A stretch of DNA of 64,000 bases from an uncultured Sangeribacter sp. (lineage in GTDB: Bacteria; Bacteroidota; Bacteroidia; Bacteroidales; Muribaculaceae): assembly GCA_964637105.1 (NCBI GenBank), contig CAZWVY010000003.1, positions 373 to 64,372 of the forward strand, given 5' to 3'. Position numbers and translations under genes: made by a program. This document shows positions 10,459 to 21,090 of the stretch, one piece after another. A model generated the notes under the pieces. That model did no database searches and was not told where the DNA came from. It worked only from the letters and a program-made list of their open reading frames with translations. The first letter of the stretch is position 1. Each line of letters opens with the position of its first letter.

Positions 10459-11462
10459 TACACCCCGGCACGACACAACAGATTATGACCTACGATGAAC
10501 TGAAAAGCCAATGGACTTCGGGAGCGGAATTCCTGGAGGCACGCACCTCCGGCTCCACCGGCTCCCCAAAGATGATACAGCTGCCCCGCTCCATGGTCAA
10601 GGAGAGCGCCTGGCGCACTATCCGCGCCTTCAGCCTCACACGCGACTCACGTCTGCATTCATGCCTGTCTGCTGACACTGTAGGTGGGAAGATGCAGTGC
10701 ATACGGGCCTTGGAGTTAGGGGCACAGTTCACTGCGGAGCCCCCGTCAAACACACCGCTTTTCATGTTTGGCCCCGCTGACTGGCTCACTCTTGTCTCTG
10801 TCGTGCCCTCCCAGGTGCATCATATCCTGGACCGTCTCGACAATAAGACGCTCCCTTTCATAGAAGCTCTGCTCATCGGAGGGTCGCCCATCCCCCCTAC
10901 GCTGCGCGAGAGAATCGCCGCCTCCCCTCTGAGGGCCTGGGAAAGCTACGGAATGACGGAGACCGCGTCACACATTGCTGTCCGCCGGGTTTCTCACGAG
11001 GATGTGCCCTTCACCCCCCTGCCCGGCGTGGAAGTCTCACTCACTGAGACCGGCTGTCTGAGAATCCTTCTGCCCGGGCAGCAGCCTGTGGTGACCAACG
11101 ACCTGGCTGCGCTCTCTCCTGAAGGCTTCCGAATAATAGGGCGATATGACAATGTGATTATATCGGGGGGAAGGAAGATTATTCCCGAGGAGATAGAGGC
11201 CATGATGTCGGCTGCAGGTTGCGAAGCGACGGTGGCTCCGGCCCCGGACGACAAGTGGGGAGAAAAAGCCGTGGCAGTCATTACCTCCGAAGAGAACAGA
11301 CGACTCGCAGAGGAAGCGGCCGCGGCGATTGAGCCTCACTGGAAACGCCCCAAGGAGATAATAGTCGCGGAGAATATCCCTTTGACCCCCTCCGGAAAGA
11401 CTGACCGTCCCGCTCTGAAAAGCCTTTTGGCGCGGATGAAAGCAAATAATTCTGCTTTATAA
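10455..11462 (+). CDS. menE: o-succinylbenzoate-CoA ligase (short Bacteroidota type)
   Basis: Motifs TSGSTGSPK, SYGMTETASH, GRYDNVIISGGRK and TPSGK; the GTG start overlaps the menC stop (GTGA). Confidence 0.85.
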   Translation: MIHPGTTQQIMTYDELKSQWTSGAEFLEARTSGSTGSPKMIQLPRSMVKESAWRTIRAFSLTRDSRLHSCLSADTVGGKMQCIRALELGAQFTAEPPSNTPLFMFGPADWLTLVSVVPSQVHHILDRLDNKTLPFIEALLIGGSPIPPTLRERIAASPLRAWESYGMTETASHIAVRRVSHEDVPFTPLPGVEVSLTETGCLRILLPGQQPVVTNDLAALSPEGFRIIGRYDNVIISGGRKIIPEEIEAMMSAAGCEATVAPAPDDKWGEKAVAVITSEENRRLAEEAAAAIEPHWKRPKEIIVAENIPLTPSGKTDRPALKSLLARMKANNSAL

Positions 11463-11485
11463 CAGATTTTGTCAGATAATTTTCG

Positions 11486-11493
11486 TAAATTTG
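11486..11493 (+). promoter_or_regulatory. -7 element upstream of the Crp/Fnr gene
   Basis: TAAATTTG, 33 nt before the ATG at 11527. Confidence 0.55.
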
Positions 11494-11526
11494 CATTCGA
11501 TTCTCCTCTTCTATATCTGAACTGAC

Positions 11527-12228
11527 ATGCTCAAGAAAAGTACACTCGAACATATCATCAGCACCGACCTCTCGGAATTGTGGGGAGTGCTCCGACCCGA
11601 AGAAAAACGGATTATCACCGATAACTTCGAGGTCAGGGAGTTCAAGAAGAACGAAATCATATATTCCGAAGAGGAGACTCCGGAATTTTTGTGGTGCCTG
11701 CTGAGAGGCAAGGTAAAAATGTACAAGAACGGCATAGGCGCCCGCTCGCAGATACTGAGGCTATACCGTCCGGTGCAGTATTTCGGCTACCGCGCATATT
11801 TCGCCGGGGAGCCTTACGTATCCTCCACTGCCGCCGTAGAGTCTTCCAATCTCGGACGCATACCGATGAGCGTGGTGGAATCCATAATCCGTGGCAATAA
11901 TGACCTGGCGATGTTTTTCATCCACGAGCTGAGCCGTAATTTAGGGGGCTCGGACACCAAAATTGTCAATCTCACCCAGAAGCATATCCGCGGACGCCTC
12001 GCTGAGTCGCTTCTGCTGCTGCTCGAGAATTACGGCCTTGAGGATGACGGCGCCACATTGAAAATCTATATGAGCCGCGAAGACCTGGCCAACCTCTCCA
12101 ACATGACCACCTCAAACGCCATCCGCACCCTCACCTCTTTCGCCCAGGAGCACCTCCTGACCGTAGACGGCCGGCGTATCAAGATACTCGATGAGGCCCA
12201 GCTCCGCCGCATATCCTCCTACGGGTAA
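11527..12228 (+). CDS. Crp/Fnr family transcriptional regulator
   Basis: cNMP-binding domain (GKVKMYK, YFG) and C-terminal winged HTH (SREDLANLSNMTTSNAIRTL). Confidence 0.93.
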   Translation: MLKKSTLEHIISTDLSELWGVLRPEEKRIITDNFEVREFKKNEIIYSEEETPEFLWCLLRGKVKMYKNGIGARSQILRLYRPVQYFGYRAYFAGEPYVSSTAAVESSNLGRIPMSVVESIIRGNNDLAMFFIHELSRNLGGSDTKIVNLTQKHIRGRLAESLLLLLENYGLEDDGATLKIYMSREDLANLSNMTTSNAIRTLTSFAQEHLLTVDGRRIKILDEAQLRRISSYG

Positions 12229-12265
12229 ACAGTGGCCTCTGCCGCCTGATTGTGAGGATAGATGC

Positions 12266-14215
12266 CTATTTCCGAATGCTGAGGGTATTATCGTTCAGCC
12301 GGGTGGAATAATCCTGCATGAAGGCTTGCGCCCAAACAGTCATGCGGCGTACCTCCTCGCGGTCGTACTCACTGAGCGCATGCTCCATATAGGGGTCGTT
12401 GACCCGGTCATACACCCCCTCGGCACCGCTGAAGTCAGCCGTCATACTCACGGCATATTCTTTGCCATATAGGCGGTACGCCCCCTTGATGTACATCAAT
12501 GCATATCCGCTCCTGTTCTCATCAAGCAGAGGGGTGCCTAAAGATATGTAATCCTCGTCATATTCGGCCAGGCTCAGCAGCGTCGGAGCGATGTCATACT
12601 GTCCTGCCACACGGTCGTCACGTCCGGGAGCCACTGTCCCGTCCGGAGCGTATATCATGGTGATAATATGAGGCAGTATGCCTGGCGAGTCGTAGATTGT
12701 GCCTTTGAGATCGCGGAAACCGTGGTCGCCCACAAACACAAACACCGTGTTGTCAAACCAGGGCTGCGAGGAGGCCACTTCGAAAAAGTGGCGCAACGCC
12801 CTGTCTTCATACTCCACTGTGCGCCTCATCAGATCGGCTGACCTGTACCCCTTATCATTCCAGCCTGATGGCACGCCATAAGGGCCGTGAGGATTCAGAG
12901 TAAACCATCCTGCTATGAATGGCTCCGGAAGCTGCGAGAGGTCGCGGGCTGCATATTCCCCCATCTTGTGGTCCCAGATGCCCCAGGCTCCGTCATAATC
13001 AGCCTCGTTGCCGTACTCGCTGCGCGTCACCACTTCATCGAAGCCGAAGGCTTTAAGCGTCTGGTCGATATTGAAGGAGCCATGGTTGCCCCCGAAATAA
13101 AAGCGGGTCGAATATCCCTTCTTTTTCAGCAATGCGACTGGGGCATCGAAGGTGTTGGCATAATAGGGAGAGGAGAGCAGAATCATGTCGCCGAATGTGG
13201 GAATGCCTCCGAAGATATTCGTGATTCCCTCTATTGACCGCACTCCGGTGGTGAATGTATTGGGAAACACCAGCGATGCCGAGGCGATTGAGTCCAGGAA
13301 GGGCATCAGCTGACGCACGGTGTCTCCGGGCACGGGGTTAAGACGGTCTACCCATAGCGATGCGCCGCTCTCAAGAGCGATGACCATAATGTTCTTCCTC
13401 CTTGTCACTGTGTCCGGGTGGCCCTTATGTCGTGAGTCGCGGATTTCACGGAGCCGGTCTTCGGTAAAAAATAGCATGGGAGGGATTTTGCCTTCATCAT
13501 GCAGTGTGCGGATGATGCAGAAGGGGGTATTGAGCACGGCATCAATCTCGCCGGTGTCTTCGGTGTGCCACACTGCGTCGGCTATGGACAGGGGACGGCC
13601 TCCGCCGACATGCCCACGGATGCAGACAAACGTCAGACCGGCTGCCAGGATGAAAATCCCGGTCCGCGCTGCGAAGCCTCTCCATCTGCCCGAAAGCGCC
13701 AATGCGCCCCCTGCGGGCTTTATGCAGAAGGCGCTCCAGGCAAGTATAAAGGCTATGACCAGGCCTCCGATGAAATATATCCCATAGTCTTTAGCAAACG
13801 AGAGCACAATCCGGCCCATCGAAGGATCCGACCAGATGGCAGTGACGGAATGCCAGCGGAGATGCGTGGCATTAAACTGAAAAAAGGGTATGTCGGCCAC
13901 TGCCGGAAGCAGCATGAGAAGGTTGCTGACCAGGTATATGATGTTGCACGCCAGAAGATACTTCTTCGCCGCCGCAAAGGGCAGCGGCAAGAACTTCATC
14001 AGTATGAACAGGGAATTGAACCATGCCCAGGCGCATAAATCGAATTGAAGCCCGTAAAACGAGAGCTCCAGCAGACGGGCTAAAGAGGGGTTTCCGGTCG
14101 CCTCAATGTTCTCATGCACAAAAGGGAACCTCAGCGCCCATAGCAGTGCGAGAGGGATAAGGAGCTGCAGCAGCGTAGCGGGATAATATTTCAGTTTTAT
14201 GGTCAATCGCTCCAT
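12266..14215 (-). CDS. LTA synthase family / alkaline-phosphatase-superfamily membrane transferase
   Basis: About five N-terminal TM helices, then IALES, RSIEG (putative Ser nucleophile), PHGPY and GDHG motifs. Confidence 0.8.
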   Translation of the reverse strand: MERLTIKLKYYPATLLQLLIPLALLWALRFPFVHENIEATGNPSLARLLELSFYGLQFDLCAWAWFNSLFILMKFLPLPFAAAKKYLLACNIIYLVSNLLMLLPAVADIPFFQFNATHLRWHSVTAIWSDPSMGRIVLSFAKDYGIYFIGGLVIAFILAWSAFCIKPAGGALALSGRWRGFAARTGIFILAAGLTFVCIRGHVGGGRPLSIADAVWHTEDTGEIDAVLNTPFCIIRTLHDEGKIPPMLFFTEDRLREIRDSRHKGHPDTVTRRKNIMVIALESGASLWVDRLNPVPGDTVRQLMPFLDSIASASLVFPNTFTTGVRSIEGITNIFGGIPTFGDMILLSSPYYANTFDAPVALLKKKGYSTRFYFGGNHGSFNIDQTLKAFGFDEVVTRSEYGNEADYDGAWGIWDHKMGEYAARDLSQLPEPFIAGWFTLNPHGPYGVPSGWNDKGYRSADLMRRTVEYEDRALRHFFEVASSQPWFDNTVFVFVGDHGFRDLKGTIYDSPGILPHIITMIYAPDGTVAPGRDDRVAGQYDIAPTLLSLAEYDEDYISLGTPLLDENRSGYALMYIKGAYRLYGKEYAVSMTADFSGAEGVYDRVNDPYMEHALSEYDREEVRRMTVWAQAFMQDYSTRLNDNTLSIRK

Positions 14216-14230
14216 GCCGGTATATGTGTT

Positions 14231-14267
14231 AGACCCCGTCTCATAAAATTATCATGAGACGGGGTCT
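14231..14267. repeat. Palindromic intergenic repeat, family B copy 2 (symmetric form)
   Basis: AGACCCCGTCTCAT-aaaattatc-ATGAGACGGGGTCT, with perfect 14-bp arms. Confidence 0.8.
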
Positions 14268-14284
14268 TAGGTTATGCTATTGTT

Positions 14285-15055
14285 TCAAATCGCAGAACGG
14301 ATAATTCCGCGGCCCGAATTGACTACGAAATCCACTATCTCGTCTCGATAGGGCGACTCAGGCACTGTCTCCAGTATCAGCTTGACAGCTGATGTGACGT
14401 TCAGGTCGCTCAGATACAGCACCCGGTATATTTCCGCAATAGCGGCAATGTCCTCTTTGGAAAACCCGTGTCGCTGCAGCCCCACGCTGTTGAGGCCAAC
14501 ATAGGAGATCGGTTCACGGGCCGCCTTGACGAAGGGAGGTATGTCCTTGTTGACCAAAGCGCCCCCCTGGAGCATTATGTTGCGCCCGATGTGGCAGAAC
14601 TGGTGAATCAGGCTGCCTCCGCCGATTACGGCGCAGTCATCTATGACCACCTCTCCGGCCATCTGAGCCGAATTGGAGATTATCACTCCGTTGCCGATCT
14701 TGCAGTCATGGGCTATGTGGGTATAAGCCATCAGGAGACAGTTCTCACCCACTGTGGTCGTCCCCTTCGAGGCTGTGCCGCGGTGCACTGTGGCGCATTC
14801 GCGGATAGTGGTGCCGTTGCCGACTACGGCAGTGGTCTTTTCACCCCGGAATTTAAGGTCCTGGGGCTCTCCGCCCACGGCCGCTCCGGGGTACACCGTC
14901 ACTCCGTCGCCGATGCGGGCGCCGGGGAAAATGGTCACATTGTTGTATATCTTGCAGTTGTCGCCAATCTCGACATCGTCATATATGACCGAGTAATGGC
15001 CTATGCTGCAATTATTGCCGATTTTGGCGGCGGGGTCTACATGATAAGTGCTCAT
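14285..15055 (-). CDS. lpxA: UDP-N-acetylglucosamine acyltransferase
   Basis: Hexapeptide repeats, PQDLKF, IRECATVHRGT, HIAHDC and HQFCHIG. Confidence 0.96.
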   Translation of the reverse strand: MSTYHVDPAAKIGNNCSIGHYSVIYDDVEIGDNCKIYNNVTIFPGARIGDGVTVYPGAAVGGEPQDLKFRGEKTTAVVGNGTTIRECATVHRGTASKGTTTVGENCLLMAYTHIAHDCKIGNGVIISNSAQMAGEVVIDDCAVIGGGSLIHQFCHIGRNIMLQGGALVNKDIPPFVKAAREPISYVGLNSVGLQRHGFSKEDIAAIAEIYRVLYLSDLNVTSAVKLILETVPESPYRDEIVDFVVNSGRGIIRSAI

Positions 15056-15067
15056 GTCAGGCTCGCA

Positions 15068-16450
15068 TTACTTGTTCTTGATAATCTGAGCCATAAACTC
15101 AGCCTCGCATACGACTTTCTCTCCCACGAAGGCGTAACCCTTGACGACAGCGCAGCCGCGGCGTATCTCGGTCATGAGTGACACGCTGAGCAGCAGAGTG
15201 TTGCCCGGCACGACCTTCTGGCGGAACTTCACGTTGTCAATCTTCATGAAATATGTGCTGTACTTCTCGGGATCATCGAGGAAGTTGAGCACGAGCACCC
15301 CGGCGGCCTGGGCCATGGCTTCGACCTGAAGCACTCCGGGCATGACGGGCTCCTGCGGGAAATGGCCCTGGAAGAAGGGCTCGTTGACCGTGACATTCTT
15401 CACTGCCACCACGTGGCGGCGGTCGATTTCGATTATCTTGTCAATCAGCAGGAAGGGATAGCGGTGAGGGAGCATCTTCTTGATGCCGTTGACATCAATG
15501 AGCGGCTCGAGGTTGGGATTGTAGACGGGGGCCTGCACCTGGTTGTGCTTCACCTCCTTGCGTATCATGCGGGCGAACTTGTTGTTGACTTTGTGGCCCG
15601 GGCGTATTGCCACGACGCGCCCCTTCAGCGGGCGCCCGATGAGGGCTATGTCGCCTATGACATCCATCAGCTTGTGGCGGGCAGGCTCGTTGTCCCACTT
15701 CAGAGGCTGGGGATTGATATACCCGATATTGCTGAGGTGCTGGTGAGGCACTCCGACCATGTCGCAGATTTTGTCAATCTGCTCCTGCTCGATGGGCTTG
15801 TCGTAGATTACTATCGCGTTGTCAAGGTCTCCCCCCTTTATGAGCCCTGCCTTGAGAAGCTCCTCTATCTCGCGGACAAAAACGAAGGTACGCGCACCCG
15901 ACACCTCCTGGCGGAAGTCTGCCAGGTCGTCAAGCACTGCGAACTGGTTGGGGAGCACCGGGGAATTGTATTCCACCATCACCTCTACGCTGAATCCGTC
16001 ATCGGGATATACCGTGAGAGTCGCGCCCGTGGCCTCATCCTTATATGTGGTCTTCTGCTTGATGATATAGTAATCTTTCTCGACGGCAAGCTCCTTGAGG
16101 CCCACCTTCTCTATCCCCTCCACATACTCGCGGGCGCTCCCGTCGAGAATGGGCATCTCGGGGCCGTTGACCTCGATGAGGCAGTTGTCAATTCCGGCTG
16201 CGTAAAGGGCGGCCAGGCAATGCTCAACGGTGCTGACGCGAGTCTCGCCGATTCCGAGCACGGTGCCGCGCGTAGTGTCCACTACGTTCTCTGCCAGCGC
16301 CGGTATCTCAGGCTCTCCCTCAAGGTCCGTTCTCTTGAACCTTATGCCGGTGTTCTCGGCTGCGGGATTGAAGGCGGCCTCAATCATGAGGCCGCTGTGG
16401 AGGCCTTTGCCCTTCACGCTGAAGGGGGCGCTGAGTGTAAGCTGATTCAT
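15068..16450 (-). CDS. lpxC-fabZ: Bifunctional LpxC / FabZ
   Basis: LpxC motifs GKGLHSG, STVEHCLAAL and HKLMDVIGD; FabZ motifs LPHRYPFLLID and GHFPQEPVMPGV. Confidence 0.96.
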   Translation of the reverse strand: MNQLTLSAPFSVKGKGLHSGLMIEAAFNPAAENTGIRFKRTDLEGEPEIPALAENVVDTTRGTVLGIGETRVSTVEHCLAALYAAGIDNCLIEVNGPEMPILDGSAREYVEGIEKVGLKELAVEKDYYIIKQKTTYKDEATGATLTVYPDDGFSVEVMVEYNSPVLPNQFAVLDDLADFRQEVSGARTFVFVREIEELLKAGLIKGGDLDNAIVIYDKPIEQEQIDKICDMVGVPHQHLSNIGYINPQPLKWDNEPARHKLMDVIGDIALIGRPLKGRVVAIRPGHKVNNKFARMIRKEVKHNQVQAPVYNPNLEPLIDVNGIKKMLPHRYPFLLIDKIIEIDRRHVVAVKNVTVNEPFFQGHFPQEPVMPGVLQVEAMAQAAGVLVLNFLDDPEKYSTYFMKIDNVKFRQKVVPGNTLLLSVSLMTEIRRGCAVVKGYAFVGEKVVCEAEFMAQIIKNK

Positions 16451-16475
16451 AATATATAGTCAGATATATAGTCAG

Positions 16476-17534
16476 TTAATTTTCTTTCTGTTTCTTTTCA
16501 AGTTCGGCCACGCGGCGGAAAAGGTCGCCGAGGCGTGTGCGGTACACTGCTGCCCGGGCGAACTCCCCTGCTTTGACCACTGGGTAACCAATCAGCCGGT
16601 TGCCATCCCCGACATGATTGGGGATGCCCGACTGCGCGCCGAATTCATTATCGGAACCTATGGAGATATGGCCTGCGAAACCGCATTGTCCGCCGACACG
16701 GTTCCGGTCGCCGATACGGGTGCTTCCGGCTACCCCGGTCTGGGCGGCGAATACGTTATCACGCCCTATGACCACGTTATGGGCCACCTGGATAAGATTG
16801 TCGAGCTTGGTGCCGCGCCCAATGACGGTGCTGCCGAATGTGGCGCGGTCAACGGTGGTGTTGGCCCCGATTTCGACATCATCCTCAATCACGACGTTTC
16901 CTATCTGCGCTATTTTCTCATATCCGTCGGGCGTGGGCGCAAACCCGAATCCGTCAGCGCCTATCACGGCTCCGGAGTGGATTATGCAGCGGGCACCTAT
17001 CCTGCATCCCTCGTAAATTTTCACTCCGGGACGCACCACGCTCCCTTCGCCTATTTCAACCCCCTCGCCGATATATGCCTGGGGATACACCTTCACCTCT
17101 TTGGCAAGCTTCGCCCCTGCGCCGATATAAGCGAATGCCCCGATGTAACATCCTTCGGGAATCTCCACGCCCGGGGCGATGAAGCATGGCTGCTCTACGC
17201 CCTGCGGAGCGGGCTTCTGCGCCTGCACGAGCGCCAGGAGACGCGCCAGGGTCGAATAGGGGTCGCTCACACGCAGCAGCGCCGGACGCCCGGGGGCCGT
17301 GCGCACAGGCAGCTCCGGATCCGCTATTGCCGACTCGGGGTCGAAATCCTTGGATACGAGCACCGCCGAAGCGTTGGTGGAATGTATGAAATGGGAATAC
17401 TTCGGGTTGGCGATGAAGGTTATGTCGCCCTCACCGGCCTCCTCAATCTTGCCGAAACCGCGGATTATCACCGAGGGATCACCCTCGACTTCTCCTCCGG
17501 CCAGTCCGGCGATAGCGCCTATGCTGATCTCCAT
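16476..17534 (-). CDS. lpxD: UDP-3-O-acylglucosamine N-acyltransferase
   Basis: Motifs [27 protein letters not shown] and [10 protein letters not shown]. Confidence 0.96.
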   Translation of the reverse strand: MEISIGAIAGLAGGEVEGDPSVIIRGFGKIEEAGEGDITFIANPKYSHFIHSTNASAVLVSKDFDPESAIADPELPVRTAPGRPALLRVSDPYSTLARLLALVQAQKPAPQGVEQPCFIAPGVEIPEGCYIGAFAYIGAGAKLAKEVKVYPQAYIGEGVEIGEGSVVRPGVKIYEGCRIGARCIIHSGAVIGADGFGFAPTPDGYEKIAQIGNVVIEDDVEIGANTTVDRATFGSTVIGRGTKLDNLIQVAHNVVIGRDNVFAAQTGVAGSTRIGDRNRVGGQCGFAGHISIGSDNEFGAQSGIPNHVGDGNRLIGYPVVKAGEFARAAVYRTRLGDLFRRVAELEKKQKEN

Positions 17535-17573
17535 ATCTGTTGCTGATCGGTTGATGCAGTGTTAAATTTTGTG

Positions 17574-17581
17574 CAAAGTTA
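17574..17581 (-). promoter_or_regulatory. -7 element for the lpxD operon
   Basis: TAACTTTG on the minus strand. Confidence 0.6.
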
Positions 17582-17706
17582 ACAAACAATTCCAATATCA
17601 CCGAAAAAATCGGCATTAAACCTTTCATAAACCGCCGTTTTGACCATCTTTGACCATAAAAAAATTTATTCTCACCCCTTTTTGAGGTTTTTAAAGAAAA
17701 AATCAT

Positions 17707-17714
17707 TACTTTTG
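17707..17714 (+). promoter_or_regulatory. -7 element for the mce-mmd operon
   Basis: TACTTTTG, with a TTTG at 17681-17684 as a possible -33 element. Confidence 0.6.
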
Positions 17715-17796
17715 CACCGGATTCCGCCACCGCTCGACTCGGGCGGCATCCCCGAGACAAAATACGATTACAACAACCTAATAACAGAAACACTCA

Positions 17797-18219
17797 ATGG
17801 AAATCTCACACATTGAACACATCGGCATCGCGGTGCCCAACCTCGAAGAGGCAATCAAGTATTACGAGAACGTGCTCGGCCTGAAATGCTACAAGCAGGA
17901 GGTCGTGGAAGACCAGAAGGTGACTACCGCGTTCTTCAAGGTAGGCGACACCAAGATCGAGCTCCTCGAGGCTACTTCCCCCGACAGCACAATCGCTAAG
18001 TTCATCGAGAAGAACGGCGGCCGCGGAGGCATGCACCACATGGCCTTCGCCGTTGAGGACGGCGTGGCTAACGCTCTTGCAGAGTGTGAGGAGATGGGCG
18101 TCAAGCTCATCGACAAGGCCCCCCGCGGAGGCGCTGACGGCCTCCAGATCGCCTTCCTCCACCCCAAGTCGACCGAGGCAGTGCTCACCGAGCTTTGCGA
18201 AGACCCCTCCAAGAAATAA
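17797..18219 (+). CDS. mce: Methylmalonyl-CoA epimerase
   Basis: VOC fold with HIEHIGIAV, IELLE, HHMAF and AFLHPKST. Confidence 0.95.
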   Translation: MEISHIEHIGIAVPNLEEAIKYYENVLGLKCYKQEVVEDQKVTTAFFKVGDTKIELLEATSPDSTIAKFIEKNGGRGGMHHMAFAVEDGVANALAECEEMGVKLIDKAPRGGADGLQIAFLHPKSTEAVLTELCEDPSKK

Positions 18220-18290
18220 TCACGGAAGGCTCCTCATCTTTCCTCTCCCCTGATAACTAAACTACACAAACCTTCATCACTGACTCCATA

Positions 18291-19844
18291 ATGAGCAAGC
18301 AAGAAGAAAAAATCCAGGAACTCATCGCCAAGCGCGCCCAGGCTCGCCTCGGCGGTGGTGAAAAGGCTATCGAGAAGCAGCACCAGCGCGGCAAGTACAC
18401 CGCCCGCGAGCGCATTGACCAGCTCCTCGACAAAGGCTCCTTCGAGGAGCTCGACATGTTTGTCACCCACCGTTCCACCAACTTCGGAATGGACAAGAAG
18501 CATTACCTCGGCGACGGCGTCGTAACAGGTTTCGGCACAATCGAAGGCCGTCTGGTATACGTTTTTGCACAGGACTTCACCGTGCTCGGCGGCTCCCTCT
18601 CCGAGACAATGGCCCAGAAGATCTGCAAGGTCATGGACCTCGCAATGAAGATGGGCGCTCCCGTCATCGGCCTTAACGACTCGGGCGGCGCACGTATCCA
18701 GGAGGGTGTCAACGCCCTGGCCGGCTATTCCGAGATTTTCCAGCGCAACATCCTCGCTTCAGGCGTCGTGCCCCAGATTTCCGCTATCCTCGGCCCCTGC
18801 GCCGGCGGCGCTGTTTACTCTCCCGCTCTGACTGACTTCACTATCATGGTCAAGGGCATCTCATACATGTTCCTCACCGGTCCCTCCGTCGTGAAGACCG
18901 TGACGGGCGAGGATGTCACCCAGGAGCAGCTCGGAGGCGCATCCGTGCACGCTTCCAAGTCCGGCGTGACACACTTCGCATGCGAGGACGGCGAGGAGGC
19001 TCTGGCTCTCATCCGCAAGCTCATCAGCTACATCCCCCAGAACAATATGGAGGAAACTCCCCTCGTGGAGTGCTCCGACCCCATCGACCGTCTGGAGGAC
19101 AAGCTCAATTCCATTATACCCGACAGCCCGAAGCGCTCCTACGACATGTATGACGTAATCGGCGCTGTGATCGACAACGGTGAGTTCCTCGAGGTGCAGC
19201 CCGCTTATGCCAAGAACATCATCTGCGGTTTCGCACGCTTCAACGGCCAGTCCGTAGGCGTTGTGGCTAACCAGCCCAAGGTGCTCGCCGGCGTGCTTGA
19301 CTGCAACGCTTCGCGCAAGGCTGCCCGCTTCGTGCGCTTCTGCGACGCCTTCAACATTCCTCTGGTGACTCTCGTAGACGTGCCCGGATTCCTTCCCGGC
19401 ACCGGCCAGGAATACAACGCAGTCATCCTGCACGGCGCCAAGCTGCTCTATGCATACGGCGAGGCCACTGTGCCCAAGGTGACTGTCACCCTGCGCAAGA
19501 GCTATGGCGGCTCCCACATCGTGATGAGCTGCAAGCAGCTCCGCGGCGATGTCAACTACGCATGGCCCTCCGCTGAGATCGCCGTGATGGGCGCCGAAGG
19601 CGCTGCCGGCGTGCTCTACGCCAAGGAGGCTAAGGAGCAGGCTGATCCCGCTGCGTTCCTCAAGCAGAAAGAGGAGGAATACACCAACCTCTTCGCCAAC
19701 CCCTACAATGCTGCCAAGTACGGCTACATCGATGATGTCATCGAGCCCCGCAACACCCGCTTCCGCATCATCCGCGCCCTGCAGATGCTCGCTACGAAGA
19801 AGGTCAGCAACCCGCCCAAGAAACACGGCAACATCCCTCTGTAA
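18291..19844 (+). CDS. mmdA: Methylmalonyl-CoA decarboxylase carboxyltransferase subunit
   Basis: Motifs [26 protein letters not shown] and KKHGNIPL; operon context. Confidence 0.92.
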   Translation: MSKQEEKIQELIAKRAQARLGGGEKAIEKQHQRGKYTARERIDQLLDKGSFEELDMFVTHRSTNFGMDKKHYLGDGVVTGFGTIEGRLVYVFAQDFTVLGGSLSETMAQKICKVMDLAMKMGAPVIGLNDSGGARIQEGVNALAGYSEIFQRNILASGVVPQISAILGPCAGGAVYSPALTDFTIMVKGISYMFLTGPSVVKTVTGEDVTQEQLGGASVHASKSGVTHFACEDGEEALALIRKLISYIPQNNMEETPLVECSDPIDRLEDKLNSIIPDSPKRSYDMYDVIGAVIDNGEFLEVQPAYAKNIICGFARFNGQSVGVVANQPKVLAGVLDCNASRKAARFVRFCDAFNIPLVTLVDVPGFLPGTGQEYNAVILHGAKLLYAYGEATVPKVTVTLRKSYGGSHIVMSCKQLRGDVNYAWPSAEIAVMGAEGAAGVLYAKEAKEQADPAAFLKQKEEEYTNLFANPYNAAKYGYIDDVIEPRNTRFRIIRALQMLATKKVSNPPKKHGNIPL

Positions 19845-19866
19845 TCACAAATCTCCAGACAGCTCT

Positions 19867-19896
19867 CCCGGCTGCGGACTACGTTCCGCAGCCGGG
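19867..19896. other. GC-rich intercistronic hairpin without a U-tract
   Basis: CCCGGCTGCGGA-ctacgt-TCCGCAGCCGGG, a perfect 12-bp stem. Confidence 0.7.
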
Positions 19897-19922
19897 GAGG
19901 CGTATTTCAAGAATACCCGAAT

Positions 19923-20510
19923 ATGCTTAAACATAAATTATTCGCGCTGACCCTCTGCGTGGCCCTCGGCGCGGGGTGCTACACGGCGGCCGCCCAGGAT
20001 GAGCAGCCTGTCGCCACTGAAGAGGTGGCTGCGCTCCCCGACGGACAGGAGGAGATCACCGGCGACTGGGCCAACTCCACCGAGACCAACACCATCGTGG
20101 AGTCTGCCATCGCCAAGAAGATGACGCAGGCCGAAAAGGCCCAGAACGCCGCTGAAAATGATGAGTACGGCGTGGCCATCACGATAATCGCAATGTGCAT
20201 CGTGCTCGCTGCCCTCGTCGTGCTCTGCATCCTCTTCCAGCTCTTCGGCAAGATCTCCACCGGCATGCTCGCCAAGAAGAAGCATGAGGTGACCGGCAAC
20301 CCCGACAACAATCCCGACAACCACGAGGCGCTCGACTCGGGCGAGACCATCGCAGCTATTGCGGCAGCTCTGGCCGAACATTTCGGACAGGGCCACGACA
20401 TCGAGGACACTATCCTCACCATTCGCCGCATGAAGCGCGCATACTCACCCTGGAACTCGAAGATCTACAATCTCCGCCAGACTCCCGAGCTGCACCGCAA
20501 CGTGCGCTGA
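19923..20510 (+). CDS. OadG/MmdD-family decarboxylase membrane subunit with N-terminal extension
   Basis: Signal peptide, one TM helix (AITIIAMCIVLAALVVL), AAIAAAL and a C-terminal SPWNSKIYNLR. Confidence 0.85.
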   Translation: MLKHKLFALTLCVALGAGCYTAAAQDEQPVATEEVAALPDGQEEITGDWANSTETNTIVESAIAKKMTQAEKAQNAAENDEYGVAITIIAMCIVLAALVVLCILFQLFGKISTGMLAKKKHEVTGNPDNNPDNHEALDSGETIAAIAAALAEHFGQGHDIEDTILTIRRMKRAYSPWNSKIYNLRQTPELHRNVR

Positions 20511-20587
20511 TCAACAAATACTTCCCCGGAGACGCCGGCCAATTGCTCGGCGAATCCCGCTAACTCAACAACCACACAACAGCAGAT

Positions 20588-21037
20588 ATGAAACTCAAGG
20601 AATATAAATACAAAATCAACGGCATCAAGTTTACAGTAGGTGTCGGCGAGGTTAACGACAACCAGGTGGAGGTCCAGGTAAACGGCGTCCCCTATACCGT
20701 GGAGCTTGACAAGGCCCCCGCCACAAAGACCACCATCTCCGGCGCTCCCAAGGCCCCCGCAGCCGCTCCCCGCACCGAGCAGGGCGAGAAGGTCATCTCC
20801 AAGCCCGCTCCGGCCGCCGGCGGCGCAAATGCTGTCAAGAGCCCCCTGCCCGGCACTATCATGTCTTTCTCTGTCAAGGAGGGCGACACTGTCAATGCAG
20901 GCCAGACCGTATGCGTGCTTGAGGCCATGAAGATGGAAAACGACGTCCACACCCTGCATGGTGGCACTGTCAAGAAAATCCTCGTAGGCGTCGGCGACGC
21001 TATCCTCGAAGGCACCGACATCATGATCATCGAGTAA
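20588..21037 (+). CDS. mmdC: Biotin carboxyl carrier subunit
   Basis: Ala/Pro linker and the biotinylation motif EAMKMEN. Confidence 0.93.
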   Translation: MKLKEYKYKINGIKFTVGVGEVNDNQVEVQVNGVPYTVELDKAPATKTTISGAPKAPAAAPRTEQGEKVISKPAPAAGGANAVKSPLPGTIMSFSVKEGDTVNAGQTVCVLEAMKMENDVHTLHGGTVKKILVGVGDAILEGTDIMIIE

Positions 21038-21090
21038 GGCGCTCCCGGGAGATTATTATCACCAAATCATAATTTTCACTTCGGAACGTC

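Noticed and set aside
16452-16475. Tandem ATATATAGTCAG duplication, and recurring TGACT before several start codons
   Set aside because: Short and low in complexity, and partly explained by stop-codon context; I found no consistent spacing to support a motif.
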